Below are positions 33,981 through 51,054 of a DNA stretch of 64,000 bases, in pieces. Where the stretch lies: the NCBI GenBank assembly GCA_002269645.1, contig NIVC01000255.1, positions 496,001-560,000 of the forward strand, in the 5' to 3' direction. Each line of letters starts with the position of its first letter. Position 1 is the first letter of the stretch. The notes below the pieces were generated by a model. The model was given only the letters and a program-made list of their open reading frames with translations, searched no databases and had not been told where the DNA came from. The DNA comes from Macrostomum lignano (lineage: Eukaryota). The translations under genes were made by a program, and so were the position numbers.

Positions 33981-34087
33981 GTGAGATTCGAGATTCGAGA
34001 TTTGGGATACGAGATTCGGGATACGACATTCGAGATTCGAGACAGAGGATTCGAGATCCGAGACACGAGATTCGAGATTCGGGATAC
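33981..34087. repeat. 7-bp (CGAGATT)n minisatellite in the 5' leader
   Basis: About 15 degenerate units between the PBS and gag. Confidence 0.85.
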
Positions 34088-34193
34088 AACAAGCAAGCAG
34101 GAGAACGTCACCGAATCGACGTCAACGTTACTCAACTATCACCCTTTCGGCAACGTCATCAGTCACGCCTACAACGACTAGGTCACCACCAAG

Positions 34194-35369
34194 ATGTCTC
34201 ATGACAGCGATCGAGAAGATTTCATCGGTGATCAACAGCACACGCGTCAGGACAACGGAAACTCCGCCGCAGCTGCTGCAGGTAAACCTGTACCATGCGG
34301 TAGAGGATTTAAATTTAGGGATGACTCAGGAGAAGAGGAAGAAGATCTATTATCAGGACTCAAGAACCTCGGACGCGACACCAACCCGGACATGATCCGC
34401 AGGATGCTGCAGGCAATGCAACGTCAGCTCGATCTACAGCCTAAGAAGCAAGTCAAGATGAAGAGCTATACGCCATTGCAGGACATCCGCGTTTGGTTAA
34501 AGGCTTTCGACCTGCGATGCGAGGCAGAAGATCTACAGGATGAAGACGACAGAAAGGCCCAATTGCTGGCGAATTTAGACTTAAATTCAGCCTACGCCGC
34601 GGTACTTCGCATTAGGCTGCCCGACCGCATCAGCTATCGACAGCTTCAGCAACGACTAATAGAGAGATTTGCACGACTCTCTGGACCAGACGAATATCGA
34701 GAAGAATTCAGAGGCCGCAGCCAGCGCAGGAACGAATCAACGGAAGATTACGCCGATGCTCTGCAGGAGCTAGGAGAGCAAGCCTTCCCTTGGCTCGAGC
34801 CTCGCCATCTAGAGCAAGAACTGATGGACCAGTTCCTGCGCGGGATCCGCACGTTATCAGACTGCCGCGAGAAACTTTTCTGGATCCAACCTACGACACT
34901 CAGCGAAGCCTTGCGAGCACTGAAGAGAATGGAACTAGCCAAAGACCTGGCTCATCGTTCGAAAGAGCCCCCGGTCAGAATGTTGGACGGGGAGGGACAA
35001 GCCTCAAAGGAGCCCAACAACAGCGCCCTCTCGAAGTTGGAAAAAGTCGTTGAACAAGCTGCAATGATGCAGCAGCAGCAGCATCTACTCAACACATTGG
35101 CACAGCAAGTCACAGCCAATCAAGTGATCGGTCAAGCGAACCGACCGCCGCACTACACGTGCTACGAGTGTCATCAAGAAGGACACAAGGCGAGAGATTG
35201 TCCGCACAAACCTCAATCAACTCAGCAGTTTACGGGAAACGGCCGGCCGGAGGACGTAAACGGCAACGCCCCCCGAGCTCCAGCCCAGGTTATGCAGCCG
35301 ACACCGAACACACCCCGGAAGAGTATGGCCCCGCAGCCGCGGCAGCTGACTCGTCCGAGTCGTCAGTAA
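34194..35369 (+). CDS. gag: Gag (391 aa)
   Basis: Homologous to the array Gag (YTPLQDIRVWLKAFDLRC); CYECHQEGHKARDC knuckle; G GGA AAC at 35234-35240. Confidence 0.92.
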   Translation: MSHDSDREDFIGDQQHTRQDNGNSAAAAAGKPVPCGRGFKFRDDSGEEEEDLLSGLKNLGRDTNPDMIRRMLQAMQRQLDLQPKKQVKMKSYTPLQDIRVWLKAFDLRCEAEDLQDEDDRKAQLLANLDLNSAYAAVLRIRLPDRISYRQLQQRLIERFARLSGPDEYREEFRGRSQRRNESTEDYADALQELGEQAFPWLEPRHLEQELMDQFLRGIRTLSDCREKLFWIQPTTLSEALRALKRMELAKDLAHRSKEPPVRMLDGEGQASKEPNNSALSKLEKVVEQAAMMQQQQHLLNTLAQQVTANQVIGQANRPPHYTCYECHQEGHKARDCPHKPQSTQQFTGNGRPEDVNGNAPRAPAQVMQPTPNTPRKSMAPQPRQLTRPSRQ

Positions 35370-38300
35370 ACGAGGAAACGTTGGATGGAGGTTTCGTGGA
35401 CACCTCCTTTGTAAATACTGTCCATGCGCGTGACGCCGATTCATTTATTACAGGACGAGTGGCTCGACGAGAGGTCGCCTTTCTGCTAGACAGCGGAAGC
35501 AGAAGAACTTCCTCGGAGCGTCCACTTGGGCCGCCATTAGGCGTCGTTCACTACGTTGTATAGTCGCACCTGCTTATCCTAACCGAGTCGCTATGTACGA
35601 CGGGACTGAGTTAAGTCTCGCCGCTAAGGTTATCCTATCAATCGAATTCGGGGACTATGTCGCGGAAACCGAATTCTTCGTCGCCGAAGGAGACTGTGAA
35701 AATCTTTTAGGAATTGATTTTATGCGGAGTCATTGCCAAGGACTGGACTTCCAGCAAGGAATGCTTACATTCCGACAAGGCACCCGACTTCCGGTACGCT
35801 ATTCAAGGAGAGAACTGAAGGCCCGCCGAGTGTACGTCGCTGAAAAATGCACTCTGCCGCCTCAATGTTCCTGCCTCGTCGCCATTAAACTAGCCGAAGG
35901 TCATCAGCAGAACTACGGTTCACCGATGATTATCGAACCGCTCAAATAAGGACTGCGAGCGAAGCATCACCAGTTAGACGCAGCCCCGGTCCTGCATACG
36001 ATGACAGAAGGTCGAGGAGTAATGGAAGTACTCAACCCATCAGACACAGGTTCGCTTGCGTCGCAACATGCTATTGGGAGTAGCCACGCCACTCAAGACC
36101 CAGGACCTCGAGTACTTCAGCGAGTCGAATGAGCCGGAAGTCCGTAGAGTGAAAACGACAGAAGAAACAACTGACAGTTGGATCAATGAGGTCGACATTG
36201 GAGACCAGCTGAACAGCCACCAGAGGAACCAGGTTCAAGAATTACTCAAGGAATGCAAGAAGGCATTCTCCCTAACTCCGTTGGACCACGGATTGACTCA
36301 CCTGGTAACTCATGAGATTGTGCTCAAAGACTCGACGCCAATCGCGATTCTTCCTCGCCGGATACTTCCGCATCTACGACCGCAACTGGATCAGATGCTC
36401 GACGATATGCTGAAGAAAGGCATCATTCGGCCAACGTACTCCAGTTACAATTCGCCGATGATCCTAGTACCAAAGAAGGACAGAACGATTCGCATTGTGC
36501 ACGACTTCAGAGCGATCAACGATGTGACGCTAAAGCACCCGTACCCGATCCCGCACATTCAGGAAACTTTCGCCAAACTCAAAGGAGCGCAGTGGTACTC
36601 AAGCCTCGACCTGGTACAAGGCTTCTACCAGATCCCTCTCCGTGAGGAAGACCAGGACATCACTGCCTTCTCCGTGCTCGATCGTGGACAATTCTGCTTC
36701 AAGGTGCTACCAATGGGACTCACCGACAGCCCCGGATCGTTCCAGCGTTGTATCAACCAACTGCTTGATGGAATAGCACCACAGCCCGCTCTTGGTTACA
36801 TGGACGATATCGTTGTACACGCAGTGACATTCGAAGATCACTTAGATCGTCTCCGATAAGTCCTAAATCGAATTATAGCCGCCAACTTGAAGCTAAAACC
36901 GAAGAAATGCCATTTATTCAAGAAGGAGCTCCATTATCTAGGCCACGTGATTACACCGGAAGGCCTACGAACTAGTGAAGACAAGATTGAGCAGATACGC
37001 AGTTGGCCAATGCCTCGGACTTTTCGTAAACTACGAAGCTTTCTTGGTCTAGCCAATTACTACAAGAAGTCCGTCGAGGATTACTCAGGCATTGCTGCCC
37101 CGTTACACGCATTGACACTCAAGGACCTGCAAGGATTCCAGCGTCATTGGACGCAGCAGCATCAGACTGCCTTTTAGACTCTGAAGAGCAAGCTATGCTC
37201 AACTGAAGTACTCGCCCTCCCAGAGTTCAATGAGGATCCGAAGGTCAAGTTTATCCTGGATACCGATGCATCCGACACCCGAATCGGTGCATGTCTAGGA
37301 CAACTACAATCCGATGGAATAGAACGACCGATTGCATTTTTCAGTCGAAAGCTCCGTGACCCGGAAGTTCGCTACACGGTCACCAAGCGGGAGCTACTGG
37401 CTATTGTCGATGCCATGCGACACTTTCTAGAATACTTAATAGGAAAGAAGTTTGAAGTAAGAAGTGACCATAAGGCCTTGCTCTGGCTGTTACGTCAGAC
37501 TGAATCTACAGGCATTTTCTAGGTCGATGGGTCCAGAGGATCAGCGAATTTAAGTTTACCATCTCCTATCGCAAGGGTACTGACCACACCAACGCCGACG
37601 CGCTATCAAGACGCCCGGACACGCCTCCGTTAGAATGCGATTACGGAGTACTCCAGGACGTCGACGCTGTCCTGGCTTGCCACCGCGAGGAGACAGGAGA
37701 CACCACTCAGCGTGAGTGTCGCCGCATTAAGGAAACTGATCCGGGCATCGATTCAGAGGCCACCGCACCAGCAGCCCTCTCAATCGAGACCCACAATCGC
37801 GATCCAGAGGCAGAGACCGACTTGGACAACGAACCAGAGGCCACCGCACCAGCAGCCCTCTGCCGAGTTCTCCACTGCTCGCGCCAACGCCAGGAAACAG
37901 TAAGCTTGGATGGAGACGCAGAGGCCACCGCACCAGCAGCCCTGTGCCCAGCCACCCACGCTCGCCGTCACTTCAAGGAGACCAGCCTGGATGAAGTTCA
38001 AGAGGCCACTGTACCCTCAGCCCTCTCCAACCACAGCCATCAGGTCTACCTACAGAGTTTGGAGACTGACTTGGACGAAGATTCGGAGGCCACCGCTCCA
38101 GCAGCCCTCCCAGTCGACCGCCACTGCTCAGATCTCGGTCGAAAATTTACCGATGAAGAGTCCCGCTGCTCTTCCATGAGCCGACAGACTCAGCAGGTCG
38201 AGCCGTCTCGTTGCTCTTCCATGAGCCTGCAGTCGACCACCCATTATCAACACGTGGACGATATGTCTTGCGCCATGACGCGCCTTCGTCCTACGCCGAA

Positions 38301-40310
38301 ACTGAGGCGTTCCTATGCAGAGGTGACGAAGTCTGCATACGAGGAAGACAGAGTACGTACAGCTGAAGCATCTCCCCAGCTCGCAACTTCTCAAAGTCTG
38401 CCGCGCTGCCGAGCATTGCTTACGGATCATCTGAATCCGCCATTGCCGCGCGACAAGCTTATCAAAGCTCAACAGGATGACCCAGCTATTGGCTACGTTT
38501 ACAAGTTGATCAAGGAGGATCAACCGAAACCAGCGTTTGACGATCGATTACGACTTAGCAGAGAGCAACGGAATCTGCTAGAATACTACGAGTTACTATT
38601 CCTCGAGCGAGATATACTCATGATCAACATGAAGGAAAAAGACACTCCACCGAAGATTGTCTTACCGGAAGCACTCGACGACGAAGTTTTTAACGAGCTC
38701 CACAATTCGCCTTTAGCAGGACACCAAGGACAGCGAAAGACCGCCCAACGTGTGCGCGAAAGATTCTGGCAAACAGGTTTAGTCCGAGCCATTGAGACCT
38801 ACGTCAGCAAATGCCGAACCTGCCTAGAGAGCAAGTCACGACGAAAACAGCAAGTGCCAGTGCAGAGTTTTCCAGTCTGCAAAGTTTTTTGAAGACTTTA
38901 CATGGATGTGATCGGACCGATTGCGCAACCGTCCAAAGGAGGTCATCGATACATTCTGACACTCTGCTGTGCGACATCAAAGTTTCCGATAGCTTATCCG
39001 ATGAGAAATCAGAAAGCTAAAACCGATATCCGAGTACTACAGGACCGATTCATTTCAGAATACGGAGTTCCAGCCTGGATACACACAAACCAGGGCACGA
39101 ACTTTACAGGAAACACCTTCAAGAAGATCTGTGATCTCTACGCGATCAGGCACACGACAACGACGCCGTACAATCCAGCATCCAATGGACTCGTGGAAAA
39201 TTTGAACAAGTAGATCAAGAGCATTCTGACATGTCTCCTCGAGCACGATCATCGCGATTGGGACACATTTCTGCCAGCGTGCATGATTGCTCTTCGATCC
39301 AGCGTTCATCCAGTCACAGGCTATACGCCTTACTTCTTAGTCTACGGCCGAGAATACCGGATGCCTCTCGACAACTCATTGAAGCTACTCCCGGAGTATG
39401 CCAACCTGCCTGATTACGTCGCAGAGTTTCAGCAACGCCTCAAGCACGCCACGGACCTCGCCAAGGAACGGCTAGGCCTGCATCAGCAAGCGCGAGACGA
39501 ACACTACGAGAACCGACCAGCAGCTAAGAAGCTACAGCCGGGAGATCTCGTCTTCTTGAACAATCCGGTCCTACACGAAGACGAAGCACCCAAATTTCAC
39601 AGGCCAAGAAGATCGTATATGAAGTGGTGGAAAGCAAAGGAGAAGTCGTCTACAAGATTCGACGGAAGGTTCGACACCGGGGGGCAGAAGGCAACTTAAA
39701 CCGAGGGACTCTGTGACATCCGCCAGCTTTTCGTTTTTCGTGGAGGCTTTTCCCCCTCCTTTTTCGCTTTGGCCTGGTGCGGAAGCGGCTAGCTTCCTCG
39801 TCTTGGTCTGCTGGTGGAGGACGGATCCCCCCTGCTACTTTTTTGCAGGGCAGGTGGCTGCTAAGTAGTTGGCTGCTGGCTAAGCGCCAACTACCCATCG
39901 ACAGCCCATAGTTGCAACTGGTACCACACGGGTTCTCGAGGGCCGCTACTGTGGGGGAGGGCTCGGGCGTCGGCTGTCAACCCGACCTGGCGCCTGTGTC
40001 CCAAGCCCGCAGCCGGCCTCCCGCCCCCTGATCTTGCAGAGTGTGGACCGGGGGCCCGCCGGAGCTTCGCCTGGGAGCAATCCTGGGATAAGACGGCAAC
40101 CCAAAGCTTCTCTGCTGTTTATCGTGGCAGAGGGTAGCTCCACGGAGCTGGCTGGGTGTATATCCAGTCCCCGAGCGGTTACCCCCCCATTTTTCTACAT
40201 TTCAATTTTTCCTTTTCAGCCTACTCTACATTGACAAGTCCATAACAAACACGGCTCGGGAGCCGTCAATTCCCGCGGCCGGGGGTCCGTCAATCCCCCA
40301 ACCCTCCAAC

Positions 40311-44895
<4,585 letters not shown>

Positions 44896-45653
44896 TCCTT
44901 GTGCTCTTTTACCTTGGGGTTGTGATAGGGCCTCGCGGCCTATTCGCGGCGCCTGCGCCCCCCGTCAGTAGTAAGTAAGTAAGTAAGGTTAGACACCCTC
45001 GAGAACGACCGGACGAGATGGTAGTTCATCGCCGGAACCTCCTCCTTGTGCCCACTTCAGACTATCCAATTGCAGATCTCGAAGGACCAGGGACCCGAAG
45101 AATCATCGCCGAGTTCGACAGGCTGACGCCGGGGAGCTGCGACACTCCCCGCCATCTCTGAAGACTCTGACGAAGAAGATGACGACCTGGACACGAGACC
45201 CGCCTATCGCTGGCGACTCCGATCAGCTGTTCAGCCAGGCGCGCGTCCAACCGAAGTCCGCATCCAGGAACATGAAGTTATGGAGTTGAGCTTGAGTCAC
45301 TGCCGTATGATTCTTGCGACGCTCCATCCGCTCCTACAGTCGAACCGTTGAGGCACCTGAAAATAGAAATAGCGATAGGATTAACCTAGACTCTGATAGG
45401 AATAATCAATGTAATAGTCATGTTATGTCGGTCAATTTTCCAAATAATAGTCATGTTTTGTCGGCCAATTTTCCATCAAATATTCAAATCAAATGGGCCG
45501 TCAATGACAGGCCAGTTAGGGCTCGAAAGGAACCTGACCGCTTGGTTCTTAAATCAAAGTCAAAGTCCTACTTGAGCCGGTTAATCAATTTTTTCCGCCG
45601 GCCTCGTGCCTGTTCCAGTGCTGAAAAGCAACATTAGAAACCGCAGCATCATC

Positions 45654-46779
45654 ATGACAGGCAAAGAAAACAGGAAGAAGCGCGATCGCGAGCCGTCCAG
45701 AACGCCCTCGCCGGCCAGTGGGCGCAAGCGGACCCGGCCTGCCCTACCATCCCGCGCGGCCTGTCATACCGACACCGGCGCAGGACCCGACGCGCAGGCG
45801 CCGCAGCCGATGGGATGCGCAGCCCCATCAACGGCCAACGGTGGAGGTAAGACGGCTGGCGCCGATCCAGCCCGCCCAGCTCAGCGACCGGCTAGCCATA
45901 GCCAGAGAACGCGCCGCGGCCATACGGCTCCGTCTGGACCCGCCAAGGGCCGTCTCGGCCAGCGACCGTCCACCGGCCTCTAAGAACCTCGAGGGAGCCG
46001 CGTCGCTATCCAGTCTGACAACCGATCGACCGGCCCTCAGCTCGCTAGCGCAGCCGCATAAGGCACCAGAGGCTGACCAATCGCCGGCTGGCGATCTACT
46101 TAATTTACTGGGCAGCTTGAGCAGCTCCCTACAAGAGGAGTCGGGCGACGATCTCCTGCCGCCGCTGCAGGACCTGCTGCCCCCACAAGAGCAGCCAGCC
46201 AGAGATCGTCTGAATCCGCAGATGGAGGTATTGCACACCCCGCTCCAACCGGTCTCGCCACCTCCGGCACACTATCTCGGAGTACTGACGCCGCCGCCGC
46301 AGCCGGATGTCTTCAACTTAGATGACATCCCCACGCCGCCCACTCCGCTGACGCCGCGTTTCCGCCATCCGTCGCCTGCCCCGTTGCCACCAAGGCTGTT
46401 TTCGAAAACTGAGCTGGTTGAGGCGATTAACCCAGCCATCAAGGCCAGGCCGCAGCAGGCTGACGTCTCGACTCAGGTAAATCACCTGACCTCGGTCCGC
46501 GAGGAGGTCGTCGGTCAGCTGACACGCTTGCTTGTGAAGGCTGGCCTGCACGGTCAACAGAGCCGCCGTTGGCCCCCAAATGTGCAAGAAACCTTCCAGG
46601 TGGCCACTGCAGACGCTCGACGACAGGCCATCACCGAAGTAGCCCGCCGCACCGTCGCCGCCCTACCGCCGCTGCCGCCGCACCCAACTACGCTGGAACT
46701 AGCCATTTTGAAGACCCTCTTCTTTTTAGGCCAAGCCGCCGAGGTGCCGAGCGAATTTGAAAAGTTTGTTCGCTATTAA
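45654..46779 (+). CDS. Post-integrase ORF3 of the second gypsy element (one frameshift in the N-part)
   Basis: ATG 45654 in ATCATCATG; Pro-rich N-half; helical C-half alignable to ORF3 of the array element. Confidence 0.7.
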
Positions 46780-47927
46780 CAAAATTAAAATTACATAACT
46801 ACATGACAGTGTGACAACATGTCTATTTTACTAAATAAGCAATTGCTCATTAAACAGGAGTCTTTACCATCAAAAGTTCAGTTATACTCAAAACTAAATC
46901 ATCTCTCAATATCCAATCAATCTAATACTTTTACGTAACATCGTTCATTCTGTTATTAATACTGTATATGCAAATATGTACGTAATTCACGCTGCCTTTA
47001 CGCCTAAAAGTACACCACCTTTTTGATTCGGCGTCATGTTAAACTTTTTCAAATATCGTTTTCTAGCCAACTTATTGCCAATAAATAACTGATGTAACCA
47101 CGCTCTGGTCGCGGCATAGGGCAGGGGAACTTTTTCGAAAGTGCCTCCTATCGCCGTGCACCCCCTGCACAGAGCTGTTGAGACTCGGCCAGGTCTTCGA
47201 CCAGGCCTGGAGACTCCCGCTCTGCTGCAACCCCCCTGCTGCCTTGGCTCCGTCTCCCCTGCCGCCACACTTGCCTTTCCGGAGCTCCCCCTCCCTCTTT
47301 GTACCTCTCCATCTACCTTATCTCCCCTGCGCGCCTCCCTATTCTCTATGCACTCTTCCTGTCTCCCCCCTTTTTGCCCCTTTTCGCCCTATTTTCCTGC
47401 GCTGTCCTCCCTTTCTCTGCGTCTACTTACAGTATTTTGTGCGCCCACCGTCACCCCATCCCCTCTCAAACTCCCAAACGGTGACGCAAGTCGTGTGACC
47501 CCTTCTTCCCCTCGATGACTCATCCCCCTTTCTTGCGCAACCTTTTCTCACGCCATTGTTCTCCTCCCCAAATTTTTCATGCGACACCCACTCCACCTCC
47601 GCTTCTATTGTTCTCGTTTTTGATTTTTTTGTTCTCTTTACCCCCACCAATTATCACATTTTCTCCGATTTTCTCTCTCTATTGTTCTCATTTTCGCACC
47701 TAATTATTACCTTTTCCCCAATGTTTGCTTTTCTATTGTTCTCAAATCTCCACAATTATCCCCGTTTTCCAATTCCTTTGTTCTCGACCCCAGCCCCATT
47801 GTTCTCAGTGTTTGCTTGCGCAACACTTTTGCGACCTCATGCTGCGCCAATTATCCCCACACCTCACCTCCGGATTTCGCAATTCTCCCATTTCTCATGT
47901 TGCTATGCCGGTCTCATGCTTTTCATC

Positions 47928-48019
47928 ATGACTCATTCTGACGTCATTCTGCCGGCAGCCAATCAGAGAGAGGGAGTCATGGAAACGACCTTGAAGCGGC
48001 GGCTGGGAAGGCTATATAA
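47928..48019 (+). promoter_or_regulatory. Compact Pol II promoter-like motif cluster
   Basis: ATGACTCAT 47928-36, TGACGTCA 47939-46, CCAAT 47959-63, TATATAA 48013-19; downstream GTAAGT donor at 48352. Confidence 0.5.
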
Positions 48020-49225
48020 GGAAGCGGTTTTCGGCATGAGAATCCTGAACCTTCGGGCTCCTCGTCTTTCTTTGGACTTGCTGTCAGACGTGGCTCTGAC
48101 CTATTCGTCTATAGGACGAACCTCTGCCGGTCCGCGGTCTGTTACCGCCAAGTTATCTTCAGCTCTCCAATTGAGCTCGCCTATCGGCCAGCGGTCTAAT
48201 ACCGCCCAGCATCATCAGCATCGCCTGATCTACATCAGCGCCTCGTCGCTTCAGCGCATCGCCGCTTCACTGTCCGCCTGACTGCAGCCTACAGCCGCCC
48301 TCGGTCACTCCGTCTCTCTCTCTCTCTATCTCTCTCTCTGTGCAGCTGCCGGTAAGTTCCTATTACTAATTTGTGCTCTAATCGCCTTGCTTATCCGGGG
48401 TTTGCCTATTTGCCATTGCTTAATTAGAGAGCTGAGCCAATTGTGATACCGTAACTTTTGCTGTATTTTACTCAATAGTGAAGCCGCCTAATTGCCTGAC
48501 TATTTGCCTAAGGGCCTAATTATTAACTATTAACTAACCTCATCATTATTCACTCCTTCACCATCATTTCACTCATGGCTTGCTAAGCCTTTCCCCCGGG
48601 GTGGCGAAGCATAAGGAAGTTTGGGTAAGCTAATGGCCTCTCCCCATGCAAAGCTCGCCTGTGAGTGCGTGCTGCGGGGCCGTGTGTGCGTGCAGTAGAG
48701 GGATTAGCGAGTCTTGGCGCAGAATGGCAGTAGGAAGGTTGCAACCCCATGCTGACGCGTCCCTTCGCCCTGAGCAATCTAAACTATAGACAGTACATGT
48801 TCGCCTCATACTACTCTTGGTAATCAAAGTCGCAAGTCAGCCACGCTCACAGTCACAAAGGATCCCCTGCTGAGAAATCCTCCAGATTGAGCCCAGAGTT
48901 CCCGATCATGCCCCAAGCAGAGTCCCTGTACTCGGCTGCGTGTACAAAAAAACAGAAAAAAACCTTACTGTGTAGAAAAACCTGACTGTGTAGAAAAACC
49001 TGACTGACTGAATTTCAATTCTGATAAAGATTGCATCACAGCAAGTTAAAAACAGTGCCAAAGAAATGCACACACGACTTGATTTAAATTGCGTAACCAT
49101 ACTGCTAACTTAAATTGAGACTGATACTGGCTGACTAAGAAATTGATTATGTCATAACTTTTTACTCTAACCGATTTGCTATAATAATTGAATTATAAGG
49201 GCCACAATTCATGTTCTCCAATCGA

Positions 49226-49297
49226 CAAGAGATAGCCTAGATGCGAACAGACTGGACTGCTAATTCAGCGACCTGGGTTTGAATCTTAGTGGTGCAA
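49226..49297 (+). pseudogene. tRNA-derived pseudogene (Gln-like 3' half)
   Basis: A box TAGCCTAG at 49233; anticodon arm CTGGA-CTGCTAA-TTCAG and T arm CTGGG-TTTGAAT-CTTAG at canonical spacing; acceptor stem does not pair. Confidence 0.6.
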
Positions 49298-49369
49298 AAT
49301 AATTTTTTTATTTAAATATCCTAAAAACAAAATGCTAAACATAAAAGAAGCACAATGTCAAACAAAAGT

Positions 49370-51030
49370 GGCACCATTTCAAACATTAAAGGCCACCATG
49401 TCAAACATATACGAGTATGTGACTCCATGTCTAACATTAAAGAGCCACCATGTCAAACATTAAAGAGCCACCATGGAGAACATTAAAGAGCCACCATGTC
49501 AAACATTAAAGAGCCACCATGTCGAACATTAAAGAGCCACCATGTCGAACATTAAAGAGCCACCATGTCGAACATTAAAGAGCCACCATGTCCCATGTCG
49601 AACATTAAAGAGCCACCATGTCGAACATTAAAGAGGCACCATGTCGAACATTAAAGAGCCACCATGTCGAACATTAAAGAGCCACCACGTCGAACATTAA
49701 AGAGCCACCATGTCGAACATTAAAGAGCCACCATGTCGAACATTAAAGAGCCACCATGTCGAACATTAAAGAGCCACCATGTCGAACATTAAAGAGCCAC
49801 CATGTCCCATGTCGAACATTAAAGAGCCACCATGTCGAACATTAAAGAGCCACCATGTCGAACATTAAAGAGCCACCATGTCGAAAATTAAAGAGCCACC
49901 ATGTCCCATGTCGAACATTAAAGAGCCACCATGTCGAACATTAAAGAGCCACCATGTCGAACATTAAAGAGCCACCATGTCGAACATTAAAGAGCCACCA
50001 CGTCGAACATTAAAGAGCCACCATGTCGAACATTAAAGAGCCACCATGTCGAACATTAAAGAGCCACCATGTCGAAAATTAAAGAGCCACCATGTCCCAT
50101 GTCGAACATTAAAGAGCCACCATGGAGAACATTAAAGAGCCACCATGTCGAACATTAAAGAGCCACCATGTCGAACATTAAAGAGCCACCACGTCGAACA
50201 TTAAAGAGCCACCATGTCGAACATTAAAGAGCCACCATGTCGAACATTAAAGAGCCACCATGTCGAACATTAAAGAGCCACCACGTCGAACATTAAAGAG
50301 CCACCATGTCGAACATTAAAGAGCCACCATGGAGAACATTAAAGAGCCACCATGTCGAACATTAAAGAGCCACCATGTCGAACATTAAAGAGCCACCATG
50401 TCGAACATTAAAGATCCACCATGTCGAACATTAAAGAGCCACCATGGAGAACATTAAAGAGCCACCATGTCGAACATTAAAGAGCCACCATGTCGAACAT
50501 TAAAGAGCCACCATGTCGAACATTAAAGATCCACCATGTCGAACATTAAAGAGCCACCATGTCGAACATTAAAGAGCCACCATGGAGAACATTAAAGAGC
50601 CACCATGTCGAACATTAAAGAGCCACCATGGAGAACATTAAAGAGCCACCATGTCGAACATTAAAGAGCCACCATGGAGAACATTAAAGAGCCACCATGT
50701 CGAACATTAAAGAGCCACCATGGAGAACATTAAAGAGCCACCACGTCGAACATTAAAGAGCCACCATGTCGAACATTAAAGAGCCACCATGGAGAACATT
50801 AAAGAGCCACCATGTCGAACATTAAAGAGCCACCATGTCGAACATTAAAGAGCCACCATGGAGAACATTAAAGAGCCACCATGTCGAACATTAAAGAGCC
50901 ACCACGTCGAACATTAAAGAGCCACCATGTCGAACATAAAAGAGCCACAATGTCGAACATTAAAGAGCCATCATTACAGACATTAAGGTGCCACCAGGTC
51001 AAACATTAAAGAGCCACCATGTCAAACACA
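49370..51030. repeat. Satellite B, 23-bp unit CCACCATGTCGAACATTAAAGAG
   Basis: About 68 highly homogeneous tandem copies with recurrent variants. Confidence 0.97.
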
Positions 51031-51054
51031 AAACAGCTACCATGTCAAACATAA

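Noticed and set aside
47141-48281. Hydrophobic Phe/Leu/Ser ORFs as membrane proteins
   Set aside because: Their composition follows from the pyrimidine-rich tract, and several frames look alike.
49226-49297. Functional tRNA-Ser(GCT)
   Set aside because: The acceptor stem does not pair, C56 is mutated, and there is no long variable arm.
49370-51030. 23-bp repeats as a CRISPR array
   Set aside because: Units are contiguous with no unique spacers, there are no cas genes, and the context is eukaryotic. The same applies to satellites A, C and D.
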